Source: Entomortierella parvispora E1425 (Eukaryota > Fungi > Mortierellomycota). From it: 64,000 nt of DNA. The notes beneath the pieces are model-generated. The model was not told where the DNA came from, did not search any database, and saw only the letters and a list, made by a program, of their open reading frames with translations. A program made the position numbers and the translations under genes. The DNA lies in assembly GCA_020891255.1 (NCBI GenBank), contig BQFW01000008.1, positions 124,001 through 188,000 on the forward strand, written 5' to 3'. Shown here one piece after another: positions 23,339 to 35,967 of the stretch. Numbering within the stretch: the stretch's first letter is position 1; every line of letters begins with the position of its first letter.

Positions 23339-25761
23339 ATGTCCCAAGAAACGTTTTCTTTCCAGGTACGCCCACTCTTTCTTTTGTCTGGTCGCTCGCA
23401 GTGTTTCCCGCAGCCTTTTGTTCTGTCGTGTTCGAGTCGAACGCGCAACTGTGACCCACGCCCTGCAACTCGCTCGACAACAACAACAACAGCAACTTCA
23501 AAGGCATCAGGCGGATCACTCGGAGCTGGCCATGTTGAATCTCACTGACTCATGCTGACTTGTTCATTCCCTTTCCTTTCGCAAATGTGCTCAATAGGCT
23601 GAGATCTCTCAGTTGATGAGTTTGATCATCAACACCTTCTACTCTAACAAGGAGGTTTTCTTGAGAGAGTTGGTTTCCAACGCTTCCGGTATGTTCCACA
23701 CTCTACTGGCAGAAAGTTTGACCAGCCTTCCTTTTTCGAGTCGCAGTTACTTACTTTTCTTCATTTTCACTTCTGAACTACACAGATGCTCTCGACAAGA
23801 TCCGCTACGAGGCTCTTACCGACCCCTCCAAGCTCGACTCGGAGAAGGAGCTCTACATCCGCATCACCCCCGACCGTGAGAACAACGTCTTGATCATCCG
23901 CGATACCGGTGTTGGTATGACCAAGGCCGATCTCGTCAACAACTTGGGTACCATTGCCAAGTCTGGCACCAAGGCTTTCATGGAAGCTCTCAGCACTGGT
24001 GCTGATATCTCTATGATCGGTCAGTTCGGTGTCGGTTTCTACTCTGCCTACTTGGTTGCCGAGCGTGTCCAGGTCATCTCCAAGCACAACGATGATGAGC
24101 AGTACATTTGGGAGTCTGCCGCCGGCGGTTCCTTCACCATCACCCGCGATACCGTCAACCCCTCCTTGGGCCGCGGTACCGAGATGCGCCTCTTCATGAA
24201 GGAGGATCAGCTTGAGTACCTCGAGGAGAAGAAGATCAAGGAGATCATCAAGAAGCACTCCGAGTTCATCGGTTACCCCATCCAGCTCGCTGTTGAGAAG
24301 GAGACCGAGAAGGAGGTTGAGGATGATGAGGAGGAGGAGGTCAAGGAGGATGGTGCCAAGATCGAGGAGATCGAGGATGAGGATGACAAGAAGGACAAGA
24401 AGAAGAAGACCATCAAGGAGAAGACCATTGAGAACGAGGAGCTCAACAAGACCAAGCCCCTCTGGACCCGCAACCCCGAGGACATCACCAACGATGAGTA
24501 CGCTGCCTTCTACAAGTCCCTCACCAACGACTGGGGTGACCACATGGCCGTCAAGCACTTTGCTATTGAGGGTCAGCTCGAGTTCCGTGCCATCCTCTTC
24601 GTTCCCGGCCGTGCTCCCTTCGACATGTTCGAGCAGAAGAAGAAGCGCAACAACATCAAGTTGTACGTCCGCCGCGTCTTCATTATGGATGACTGCGAGG
24701 ATTTGATCCCCGAGTGGCTCAACTTCATCAAGGGTATCGTCGACTCTGAGGATCTCCCCTTGAACATTTCCCGTGAGACTTTGCAGCAGAACAAGATTCT
24801 CAAGGTCATCCGCAAGAACCTCGTCAAGAAGTGTCTCGAGATGTTCGCCGAGATTGCTGAGGACAAGGAGAACTTTGCCAAGTTCTACGAGGCCTTCTCC
24901 AAGAACATCAAGCTCGGTGTTCACGAGGATTCCCAGAACCGCAACAAGCTTGCTGATCTCCTCCGTTACCACTCCACCAAGTCTTCGGATGAGATGACCT
25001 CCTTCAAGGACTACGTCACCCGCATGCCCGAGAAGCAGAAGAACATCTACTACATCACCGGCGAGTCCCGCACTGCTGTCGAGAACTCTCCCTTCATTGA
25101 GGTCTTGAAGAAGAAGGGCTTCGAGGTCCTCTTCATGGTTGACCCCATTGATGAGTACGCCGTTACCCAGCTCAAGGAGTATGATGGCAAGAAGCTCGTT
25201 TCCGTCACCAAGGAGGGTCTCGAACTCGAGGAGGATGAGGAGGAGAAGGCTGCCCGTGAGGCCGAGGAGAAGTCCTACGAGGGTCTCTGCGCTCAGATCA
25301 AGGAGATTCTCGGCGACAAGGTCGAGAAGGTCTTGGTCTCCAACCGTATTAACGAGTCCCCCTGCGTTCTCGTCACCGGTGCTTTCGGTTGGTCCTCCAA
25401 CATGGAGCGTATCATGAAGGCTCAGGCTCTCCGTGACTCCTCCATGTCCTCGTACATGGCTTCCAAGAAGTCCCTCGAGTTGAACCCCAAGAACTCCATC
25501 ATCAAGACCTTGAAGGCCAAGGTTGAGGCCGACAAGAACGACAAGACCGTCAAGGACTTGACCTTGTTGATGTACGACGTTGCCCTCGTCGTCTCTGGCT
25601 TCAGCATTGAGAAGACCGATACCTTCGCTGACCGCATCCACCGCATGATCAAGCTCGGTCTCTCGATCGATGAGGATGATGAGGAGGAGGCTGCCTCTGA
25701 CATGCCCGCCCTTGAGGCTGAGGATGTTGTTGAGGCCAGCGAGATGGAGGAGGTCGATTAA
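23339..25761 (+). CDS. HSP90: Cytosolic Hsp90, 697 aa
   Basis: Exons 23339-23365, 23598-23688, 23786-25761. Motifs [31 protein letters not shown], charged linker, C-terminal MEEVD; extreme codon bias. Confidence 0.99.
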
Positions 25762-25980
25762 ATTCGAAACAAAAGCTTTGCACAAAACTTCTATTGCACA
25801 TTTCTCGAACTACAACTTAGTCGCATTGCTGCTTTTCTTTTTCCCTTTTTTTTTCTTCTGCACTCTCCCACACTGTAATTAAAAACTTTTCTTTCTGCTG
25901 ATGAACTATTTCTCATTGTCATTTGTGAATGCTGGCCAAGGGAACAATTGATGTTGAAGGGGATGATAAAAGCTTTATTT

Positions 25981-26909
25981 TCATGGTACAGGATTGCTCA
26001 TTCTTGGCAAGACTGGGATGACACTGTTGTTGTGTTTGGATGACATGCCAATGTATGTGCCTGGAGTGGTGCCTTGAGCCTGTGTCATGGCCATATTTCC
26101 CGATTGCTTCAAAGCATACTCTTCTTGATGCTTGCGAAGAATCTATGACAGCGATTTCAGGCAAGGGGAAACGTTGGGTTAGTTCAGTGGGTTGAGCAAT
26201 AGAAGCGTCCGAAAGGTCCTGGAGATCAATCAGTATTTACGTCGTGATGGGACTTTTCACCCTGTCCAATGGGTCCAATGGGTGGTCCAAATGGTGCCCT
26301 CGTGCCGCTTGAAGAAGTTGACCTAAAGAGGATAGAGATAGCAAACGAATGAGCGACACAAATAACAGGGATCTGGAATATCCTTCAATTAAAAAAAAAA
26401 TTAAAAAAAAAAAAAAATGCACAACTTACGGAGCACCTTGGTAGCCCATCATGGGCATGGATCCAGGCTGCACAAGAGAAGGTGAGGGCATGCCGCCGAG
26501 GAAAGAGCGAGATTGTTGTACGGTGGGTATTTGGATATTTTGAGGAATATGTTGCTGTGGTGGCTGTTGTTGCATGGGTTGACCGGGACCTCCGATGCCG
26601 ACTCCTCCTGGTTGATTGGTAGGTGGGATCATCTGAGGTGGATAGTTGCGTTGTTGAAAACCAAACTGTTGTTGAGGCATATCATTTCTACGAGCGCAAA
26701 GAGCAAAAGGGGGACCAGGATGGCAGAACGGGAGGTTAGTTTTTTTTTTATCCCCCCAAAATTGAAAAGGAACGCGTTTGAGCCTGCATGAGAAGAGAGA
26801 TCACGCAAGAATCGATGCCAGCCACCCACCCAAAACCTGGAGGGCCCCCACCGCCCCTTGGCTTATTTGGCATGCCCCCGCCACGGCCATGGCCTCCTCT
26901 ATAGCTCAT
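25981..26909 (-). CDS. Low-complexity RGG/G-P-Q-rich protein of unknown function, about 193 aa
   Basis: Predicted exons 26909-26830, 26687-26430, 26322-26241, 26142-25981; phases join without stops and the last intron has an ACTAAC branch site. Starts MSYRGGHGRGGG; later GEKSHHDILRKHQEEYALKQ. Confidence 0.7.
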
Positions 26910-27222
26910 GTTGATGGTATAGGTGTGTGTAGGTGTGTAGGTGTGTGAGTAAGAATGAAATGAGGTCTGACTTGATGGAAGGAAAGACAAAGAGAGAGGG
27001 AGAGAGAGAAATGCAGAAACGAGAAAAGAAGGGCCGCCCCTCCTTTTCAAGCAGACACGCCACCGAAAACCCAAAAAAGTGCAGTCCAGCCTCCCTGCGG
27101 ACTGTCATGTAGATGAGAGCATGCATGCACCCTCTTTCGACTCTCATGCGTTTACCCTTCTGTTACTCTCTCTCCATTCCCCTTTACCGCCTATACCCTT
27201 CTATCCTCTTCACAGCACGTCC

Positions 27223-28041
27223 ATGTCGTTCAACTCCTCTGCACAACAGTACCTTTCAACCGTCAATGGCACATCCTCCACAAGCGCCTACGGGTCATCC
27301 TCCAGTAAACGTCGTCAAAGGCCTTGGCGCCCAGCTGTTGACCTCCTGTGTTATTTTACTCCGCGTCCAAACATACTAATCTCTTGCATGCCACGTTCTC
27401 GCTCCATGGATATCAATAGGTATGCCGGCCATCAACCTGGACGAAGAAATCAGACTAACCACCAACAACCGAGAACGTGCACAAATGGACAATATGGCGG
27501 ATTTATATTCAATTATCGTTGTTCTTGAGCACCTCGAACTCGCCTACATCCGCAACGCCGTCGTTCATACAGAGTAAGGAGCAAGGAGGCATCTAGGAGT
27601 GAGGTCATGACCATTCAGGGTGGAGACCAAAAGTCGCCTTAACATTAGAACCTCAGAGAGTTTGGTCTGACGTCAGTGGTTCTCTCCTGTCACATATCTT
27701 TTCTAGATATACACCCGCTTGTACCCAGCTGATTGCACAATACAGAGCAGCATCAAGTCTGTTGGGAGACGTGGCACCGGATTTGGAGCGGTTCATGAAG
27801 GAATACAACCTCAACTGTCCCGCAGCCGCAAAGAGGATCCGGATCGGTGTCCCTGCCACGGTCGAATTTGGAGATGGTGGACGGTCTACTGAAAGCACTA
27901 ATGGACGTGTCAGTGCTCGACTTGTTGCAGAAGTTGTCAGCGTAAGTGAAGGAACGAAGGATATGCAACATGTGTGAACATGACAAGGCTATAGAGCCTC
28001 TGGACGCTGACTGCTGACATTCGTCATGTTCAATATTTGCT

Positions 28042-28075
<34 letters not shown>

Positions 28076-28461
28076 CATTTCCACACGACGGTGGATTATT
28101 TGAGAATTGGTATGGCGGCCGTAGACCAACTTCACCCGTCGTTGGCGGATTTGATGAAGAGTCTGAACAATGTGCGGTCTTTGCCTGCCGATTTCGAAGG
28201 AAGGGCTAAAATTCTGAAATGGTGAGTTTTGTTATCTTTAGCGCAGATTGCACTGGAGGAGGTGATGAAGAAGGAGACAGAATGGAGAGTGTCATGATGA
28301 ATAACCCACCACCTGTTTTTTTTTTTTACCTTCACTCCAGGCTTATCAAACTCAATGGCATGGGGGCCAGCGACGAGTTGAGTGCAGAAGATCGGAGGCA
28401 GATGGAATTCGACATGGAGAGTACCTTTGCTTCTTTTATGAACTGGCTCGAGAGCTCATAG
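27223..28461 (+). CDS. VPS28: ESCRT-I subunit Vps28, about 245 aa
   Basis: Exons 27223-27304, 27420-27573, 27707-27941, 28076-28221, 28341-28461. Motifs NLDEEIRL, ADLYSIIVVLEHLELAYIR, YTPACTQLIAQY, DQLHPSL, RQMEFDME. Confidence 0.93.
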
Positions 28462-28838
28462 ATGTCATACTTGTATTCTCATGCAAAGAAAAAAAAACTC
28501 CTTCCCATAAATCGCTTGGCATCCTCAGGATCAGCTCCTTTCGTGATGATATGGTCTATATGCGAGTATATTTTTATTATGGCACAATTGTCAGCCCCTT
28601 CGTTCCCTTTCTCCCTCTGGTTTCTATATCGTGGCAGTGGTTGTAATATCGATGCAAAGGTGCTGGGTGGATCCAAGAGTCAACTGGGGATAGTGATGAT
28701 GGTGATGATAATGGTAGTGTTATTCATGACTCCTCCAACGCCTCTGACAGTCGATCCGATCCCTGTATTCCGATCTAGTTTCCAGTTCCGTTTCCATGAG
28801 AAAACAATAAGTCGAGTGGTTGATATTTTTTTGTTTGT

Positions 28839-29384
28839 TTACTCGGCCTTCTTTGGCTTCTTGGTTCCGTATTTTGAACGGGAAGTTCTTCTGTTGGGGA
28901 CACCCTGCAAATCCATGGCGCCACGGACCAAATGGTATCGCACACCGGGCAAATCGGGCACTCTTCCTCCACGGACCAAGACGACAGAATGCTCCTGCAA
29001 GTTGTGACCCTCTCCGGGAATATAGGCGTTCACGACCTTGTCGTTCGACAACTTGACTCTGGCAACCTTACGAACGGCCGAGTTGGGCTTACGAGGCTTT
29101 TGTGTGAAGACTCGGACACAGACACCCTTCTTTTGGAAACAAGCATCCAAAGCTGGGGAGCGGGTTTCCTTCTTGAAGGTCTTGCGGCAACCACGCATCA
29201 CCTGGTTCAATGAGGCCATGGACCGGGTCTGTTGTTGTTGGAACGCATTGTTCATGTGAATCTGTTGGAGGAGGGGAGAGGGGGTAGCGATCTTGGCGGC
29301 GGCGACAGTCCTGAATGTGGTGCTGGCGGCAGCGGTCCTTGCCGGTGATGGCAATGCTGCCATGAGGGATCGCAAGTTGAACAT
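28839..29384 (-). CDS. MRPS12: Mitochondrial ribosomal protein uS12m, intronless, 181 aa with presequence
   Basis: Arg/Ala/Ser/Thr-rich presequence [11 protein letters not shown]..; core [49 protein letters not shown]. Confidence 0.97.
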   Translation of the reverse strand: MFNLRSLMAALPSPARTAAASTTFRTVAAAKIATPSPLLQQIHMNNAFQQQQTRSMASLNQVMRGCRKTFKKETRSPALDACFQKKGVCVRVFTQKPRKPNSAVRKVARVKLSNDKVVNAYIPGEGHNLQEHSVVLVRGGRVPDLPGVRYHLVRGAMDLQGVPNRRTSRSKYGTKKPKKAE

Positions 29385-29817
29385 GTTGCTGTGGATGGGA
29401 TGTGCGGAAGGGAACAATGGCAATGAGGCGAATGCAGTAATGGCGTCCCAGGGACCACCTTGTGTTTTCTGGAGATCAGCTTCGGGACAAAAAATGTGGC
29501 TTGGAAAAAAAAGTGACCGCCATATTTTGCCTCCATTTTTCTCTTTCTCTTTCTTCTCGGTCATCTGGACCCTGCATTCCATTCATGATAGGTCACCTTG
29601 GCCAAAGTATGTAGGGAGTGAAGAAGGATGCCATCCTGGATATATTTTTGGAGGTTGTTTTTCTTTCTTTTGATGCTTTTCTGCCTGCTTCTTTTACTGG
29701 TTGTGGATAAAAAGATCACAAGGTCGAACAAAAAAAAAAGAAGGGGGGGCCCTCCTGCTTGGAAAGTAAATAGTGGTGGGTGTCGCAGGGGTCCAATTGA
29801 ACTTGTTCTAGCATCCT

Positions 29818-30800
29818 TTAAGCCTCCATAGCCTCAGTCTCCATTTCCAGCATGGACTTTTGCTCCATCTCCTGGAACTCCTCCTCTGATGGTTCCTGCT
29901 GAACTGGAGGACGCTCCTCCTCTGCTGGGTTGTCCCTATTAGAGGTGAGGTAATCAAAGATGAGCATAGAGTTCTTTCCAGTAAAAGTGTAACAGCGGGC
30001 CAAACGAGCACCAAAAAGATAAAAAAAATGAGCATATCCAACAGAATCGAAAAAGAAAATAATAACGGCACTTACCAGTTGATGGGGAACCGAGTGACTC
30101 TGGGCTTGTTGGCCAAGATGTTCCTGAACAACTTGTCGTAGACGATCGTCTCTGGGGGGTTCTCTCTCATCTCATCCTCGATATAGTCGTTGTTGACGTA
30201 GTATCCGATCCGCACAAACTCCTTGCCCTTGTACGCGCATGTGATCAGGACCACAGCCATGCCCACAATGTCGCCATGAGGAATCAACTCTGCCTTTTGT
30301 GCTGGAGACTAATTTGTAAAACAATGAAGAGAAAAAGTTGTCAATATCAGCTCACATGGTTTGTCCAAGGGGGTGGGGTTTGAACGAGGAGGAAGAAAAA
30401 AAAAAAAAGGCAAAAAGGTAAATAGAGCTCCTGTGTTTTTTTGACGCGTTCACCATTCATACCTCAAAGATGAACTTGTTGACACCGACGGGGATGGGTC
30501 CTACTTCGATGGACTCGAGCACTTGGTCATGAGCATTGCTGTCGGCCGAACCCACATAGATGATCTTCCATTCAAGGTCTAATGGCCCAAAAAAATAGCC
30601 TCGTTAGTACACGCACGAGACACCAGGAAAAAGTGGTGGCAAACAGCAGTAGGGAGGGCGATGCAACGCGAAAAAAAGTGAGGCGTCTTACCGGCGTCAA
30701 TAGGAGCAATGCACTCGAATGTAATCTCAAACTGGTATGGGCTAGAGTAATGGGTGGGGTTGTTGAGGACCTCGATTTGCGTGATGTTGACGATCGACAT
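29818..30800 (-). CDS. ASF1: Histone chaperone Asf1, about 191 aa
   Basis: Exons 30800-30692, 30578-30463, 30308-30076, 29935-29818. Motifs [46 protein letters not shown]; acidic tail. Confidence 0.97.
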
Positions 30801-30931
30801 TATGAATACAAGAGTGGCTGTGAGAGTAGAGGAGAAGGTGGGAGGATGGCGACAGAAAGAACAGAAAGAGCGAGGGAGGAGGGGAGTCGTGTTCGACCTC
30901 CGGAATTCCGTGCGATGATCCCTGTTTCCTG

Positions 30932-30939
30932 CACGTGAC
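30932..30939. promoter_or_regulatory. GTCACGTG E-box in the ASF1/DPH2 bidirectional promoter
   Basis: TGCACGTGACG at 30930-30940, inside a 233-bp head-to-head gap. Confidence 0.55.
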
Positions 30940-31033
30940 GGATAGCACCTTGGGCAAGATCTGGCAGCGCTGACATGAGAATGTCTTTCTTCCCTTAGTC
31001 TCCAGCAAAAAAGAACCCTTTCCCTCTCTCCCA

Positions 31034-33335
31034 ATGTCGAATTCGCTCTCGGGACCGTCCAACTTTGCAGACGATGGGTCAGCCGTAATTGGTCGCCACC
31101 TTGATGTTCACCATTTCAAGCTGGCCTCAGAGTCGCAGGACAAGATCAAGTCATGCACTGACATTTACGAAATCGACCGCACTGTCAGCGCGATCAAGGA
31201 GCGAGGCTACAAGAGAGTAATACAGAGCACCAGCATGCGGATCAAATCTATGACATGAATAAGGAACTGCGGACTGTATCTAACCCTTCTTCAATGACTA
31301 TAGATCGCCCTTCAGTTCCCTGACGACCTCTTGCAAGATTCTGGACTTGTGGCGCAATTGATTCGGGATCAAACGGGAAGTGCAGTCTTTATCCTTGCTG
31401 ATACGTCCTATGGAAGGTGAGCAAAGAACCCGCATATTTGGTCAAGGATCAAGGATACGGTGCAACTTTAGACTGCAGAGCGTGGAGATCTGACAAACAT
31501 TTTGTCGTTTTAAACCTTTGTAGCTGCTGTGTGGACGAAGTTGCGGCGCAACACATTTCGGCCGATGCCATTATTCACTACGGTCGATCTTGCCAGAGCC
31601 CGTAAGTACAGCGAAGTTACTTCAGCCTTCGAGGAAATATTTATTATTGTCAAAGTCCATTAATGTCGGTGGATATGACCTAACGAACTGTCCATTCTAT
31701 GAATCACTTAGTACATCCCGTCTTCCAGTGATTTATGTATTTGGAAAGCAGCCTGTGGACGTTCAGGATTGTGCAGCAACCTTTGACGGATTCTTTGGAA
31801 AGGACAAGGCTCAAAAGGCTGTTCTGATGTATGATGTGATCTACTCTCATTGCATTGGTAAGTCACGGCTTTTTTTTTTTTTTTTTTTTTTTTGATTTGG
31901 TTGGGATATCAGCCGAATTTCTGCTGACCGTTCGCCATTTCGTTATCTTGATAGATCAACTTTTGGCTACTCTTCAATCGGAGATGCACTACACCAACAT
32001 TGTGAAGTCAAGAGTGGAGACAGAGTCAAATTTGGGCTATGTGTTGTCGGATTCAAAAACCAACGGAGCCCTCAATTCTGGATGCTGTCAAAAGAAGGAA
32101 TCTTGCTGTTCAACCTCTTCATCAACTGAAGCCGCCACAGGATGCTGCTCGAGCGAAGCGGCCAAAAGTGACTACGACCAATGTACCAACTCTTCAGGAT
32201 GCAGAACCGCCACATCCACGTCATCGACGCAGCAATTGGTAGTTGAGGACGACAACAGCGAACATACAAAGAAGAGGAGACGCTTTGGACGGACGTACGA
32301 TCTGCCTGTGGGTGACCAAATCGAGGATTACACTCTGTTCTATGTCGGTGACGAAAGCCCAACCTTGTCCAACATCATGATGACCCACAGCAAATGCGAC
32401 GTATACTCTTACAACCCAGAAACGAAGAAGGGACGCCTGGAATCCGCGCAAGTGAACAGAGCGTTAATGCGTCGGTACTTTTTAGTCCAAAAGGCAAAGG
32501 ATGCAGATGTCATTGGAATTGCCGTCGGAACGCTGGGTGTTGGTGAGTAGACTATCAAGAAATCGTCATCGTGTCCATGCGTATCTCTGTAAATGGCATC
32601 ACGAGGTAAACATACTTACGGTGCATGCGGCTCTTTTTTTTAGCGTCGTATATGACAATGATTAAGCATTTGAAGGCATTGATCGAATCCAAGGGAAAGA
32701 AGGCGTACACGTTTGTGATGGGCAAGCTGAACGTAGCCAAGATGGCCAACTTCATGGAGATTGACTGCTTTGTGTATGTGGCCTGTCCCGAGAACAGTTT
32801 GATCGATAGCAAGGAGTTCTATAGGCCAATTGTCACCCCATTCGAATTGGAAATTGCGCTCAGCAAATCTCGCGAGTGGAATGGCGACTATGTAACGGAC
32901 TTTCAACAACTTTTGCCTGACGAGGACAAGATTGGTGTGGATAAGATCAAGATTTCTCAAACACAACTGGACGCGGCGTCGGATGACGAAGATTACTCGG
33001 ATAAGGATAGTGATGAAGATGACCGGCCTCATTTCTCGTTGGTGACAGGACAGTTCAAGCAGAGCAAGCGGTACACGACTAATAGCGAGGATACCAAGGA
33101 ACTCTCGGCTTTAATTCAAGGAACGACGGACTTGACAGTGAGAAACAAAAACACTAGCGTGGCCACGTTGATGTCCAGTGCGGCCGGTGAATACTTGCAG
33201 TCCAGAGAGTTCAGAGGACTGGAAGTTGCCCTAGGCGAATCACCTGTTGAACTTGCGACGGAAGGCCGCGCCGGTATCGCGCGCGGGTACAGGACCGAGG
33301 ATGGATATGGAGAGCGTGAAAAGGAGAAATATTAG
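31034..33335 (+). CDS. DPH2: Diphthamide biosynthesis protein 2, about 599 aa
   Basis: Exons 31034-31216, 31304-31416, 31524-31601, 31712-31857, 31955-32542, 32644-33335. Motifs [58 protein letters not shown]. Confidence 0.95.
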
Positions 33336-35967
33336 AGGAGTCGTTAATATAACTTTGCCCTTGCTCTGCTCTGCAATCTACTGACACGGCGTTGAGCTCC
33401 CGTTCTCTAACCATGTGCTTGGGACGTCAAAACATGCTCCGTGGCTACTTTTTTTTTCTGTTTGTGAATTCTTGCTTTTCTCGTTTTCAATGACGCGGCT
33501 GTGTCGGGCGTCTGTTGTCTGTGGACTCTAGAGAAACGTGCCTTCGATGTGAAATTGGTACGGAATGCTCACCCTAAACAAGTTTGAGGAAGGGACACAT
33601 CAAACTTGGAAAGGGGGAGGGAGACCATTGGCGTGTGTGCCATGGCTCCAAGATGTGATAAAACGCACCTTGTTGATAGCGATAAGACATCCATCCTGTT
33701 CAATTGCCTCAATTGCTGCAGGAACTTGACACCCTGCTTCCTTTCATTGACTCTTGCACGAGCATGCACATGACGGGATCCCATTCTCAACATAGCACAA
33801 TGTTGTGTGTGCGTGTGGCGTATGTGTGTGTCTGTATTTTCCATCAACTGTTGAAAAACATTCTTGTTTGCTGAAAAATTCAGTGCGCACGTTTATAACA
33901 AGCAAGTTTGTGGACGAGTCTGAAAGATAACGGGATCCGATCCCATGGTGCTCGGGCGAACTAAAAAATCCAAGCCAACTCAAAACAAATAAACTAGGAA
34001 TCAATTCTAGGAGAAGGCACAAGTGACTTGTGGGCTCACAGCCCACGATAGATACCTTTTTCCTCAGTTCCCGTTCTACCTTTTTTTGTTATCAGGTGCA
34101 CTCAAAAAAAAAGCGATCGGAAACCTGCCTGCTAGTTTGATTGCAGTTGCATACCATCGGGAGATACGAAGGGTGGCCTTTATATGATTTAGCCAAGTTC
34201 CGGGGTCTCCTGGGCCAATGACGCACGACCGAAGGAAACAACAGAGGCTGGCCCAGCCCCCTGGCAACACCTTGCATTATCATGGATGGTGTGCGTTTTG
34301 TTGTTTTTCCAGCGACTACCAACCGCCCTCTTCATTGTTCCGAAAGAAGAGGGAAAAAAAAGAGGGGTGAGGAGGGGGGGGGGGGAGTATTGTTGATAAC
34401 ACTGATGCGAACTGTCCATGCACGCTTTTCATTCCGTGTTGAAATATGGGGCAAAGAAGGTCGATATGAGAATTGCAAGAATGAGTTGGGCAAAAAACAA
34501 AAGACCAAGAAAAAAAAAGCACAGGACGTGGTCTCCGAGATCGGGGGGACCGCGACCGGCTCAAAGGGATTGGAGAAAAGGGAAACCACATTGAATCTCG
34601 AGCAGAGAGAGAGTTCTCCCCCGCCTTCTGGCTCATGAGCCCATTGGCACTCTTTTGGATGCCATCTGTTGTTGTTTTTGATCATGCACCTGTACCACCT
34701 CAGGACTGAGAGGGACGGAAGAGGAAGGAGGGGACAATGAAGATTAAGGGCCTTGTGCGCGGGTGAGGTGGTTGCAGCACAATTCCTGAAGTGAATGGGG
34801 TTGCTTCCGATCCGAGAGGTTGGGTTGAAGGTCACTCGCACCTTCCGCGATAGGACAAGGTCCAAGTATCAGTCCGGACATCTGACCTCATTGGGACGTG
34901 TTGCCCCAGCATCTGTTGGGCAGCGAGAGTCTCTGATCTTTTCAACATTACGAGATGTCGTGTCGTTCGAATAAAAACAAAGAGTTGCGAGTTCCGAGAG
35001 GCACGCGGCTGAAGGGTTGGTCGCGGGAAGACAGGCAGGCAGTCAGGCAGTCAGGCAGGCAGGAGACAAGACCCTGCCTGTGCATGCACATCAGGTACTC
35101 GGGTTATCGGCCCTGGGTGATCCTAATCGTTGTGGACGATGACAAGTTGTAGACATCTGTGCGCACGCACAAGTAAACCCATTAATCACGCCGGTCAACT
35201 TGCGCTAAAATGGCTCCTTGGTTGTGGCACGAACACAGTGGGCCATGGTCGGCAGAGGGCCAAGGGTGCACACAGAGTGTTGGACCAGAGTGACAAACAA
35301 GCCGCGCATGGGTTGGGCTGGGCGATGATAGACATCTTCTGTTCCGCAATCGCCCCTCTTTTGTCCTTGTCGGGCTTCAAGCTCGTCCATGCTCTTTGCT
35401 CCACCCGTCTTGATCTGCCACTTTAATCCTCACATTTCTTCTCTCGTCTCTCCTCCTTTCTTCCTTTCCCTCTTTACTTCTTCTTCTCTCCCCTCCTTTT
35501 TGCTAGCCCTCGTTTCACTGATCTTATCTCCATCGTCATTGACAATCATCATTGTCTTTAGCTCGAACATCCGTTATCTCCCAGCACCCGAGCGTTGAAG
35601 TGCAGTCGACCCGTTCCCCGCACCCTTATAAGTTCTACAGCATCGCCAATTGTCCAACTCTCCCCCTCACTTCCACACGGTCCAACCCTTTTATTATTCA
35701 AAGCCAGACCCGTTACATCCTACGCTTGCTCCCAACCCTGCTCCACGTTTCGGTCGTATCAAACATTTCTCCTCGCCTACGACCACCCTTTTTTTGTCCT
35801 CCTTCGCTTCCTCTCTGTCTGGCTCACTCTCTCACTCGCTTCTTGCAATCGATCCATCGATCCATTGTCTGTCCAACTTTAAGAGTGCAACAACTACAGC
35901 CTGCCCAAAAGCACTTGACCCTTATCAGAGGCCAACTCTTCACGACTTCTCCCCCACTCTCTTCACC

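Noticed and set aside
23767-25785. 672-aa antisense ORF spanning Hsp90
   Set aside because: Long stop-free antisense frames are a known by-product of extreme codon bias in chaperone genes; no independent evidence of coding.
28044-28073. T30 tract and many other long A/T homopolymers (e.g. about 10507, 45530, 54576, 55434)
   Set aside because: Ubiquitous in this window's introns and intergenic DNA; no target-site duplications or element bodies, so not scored as retroposon tails.
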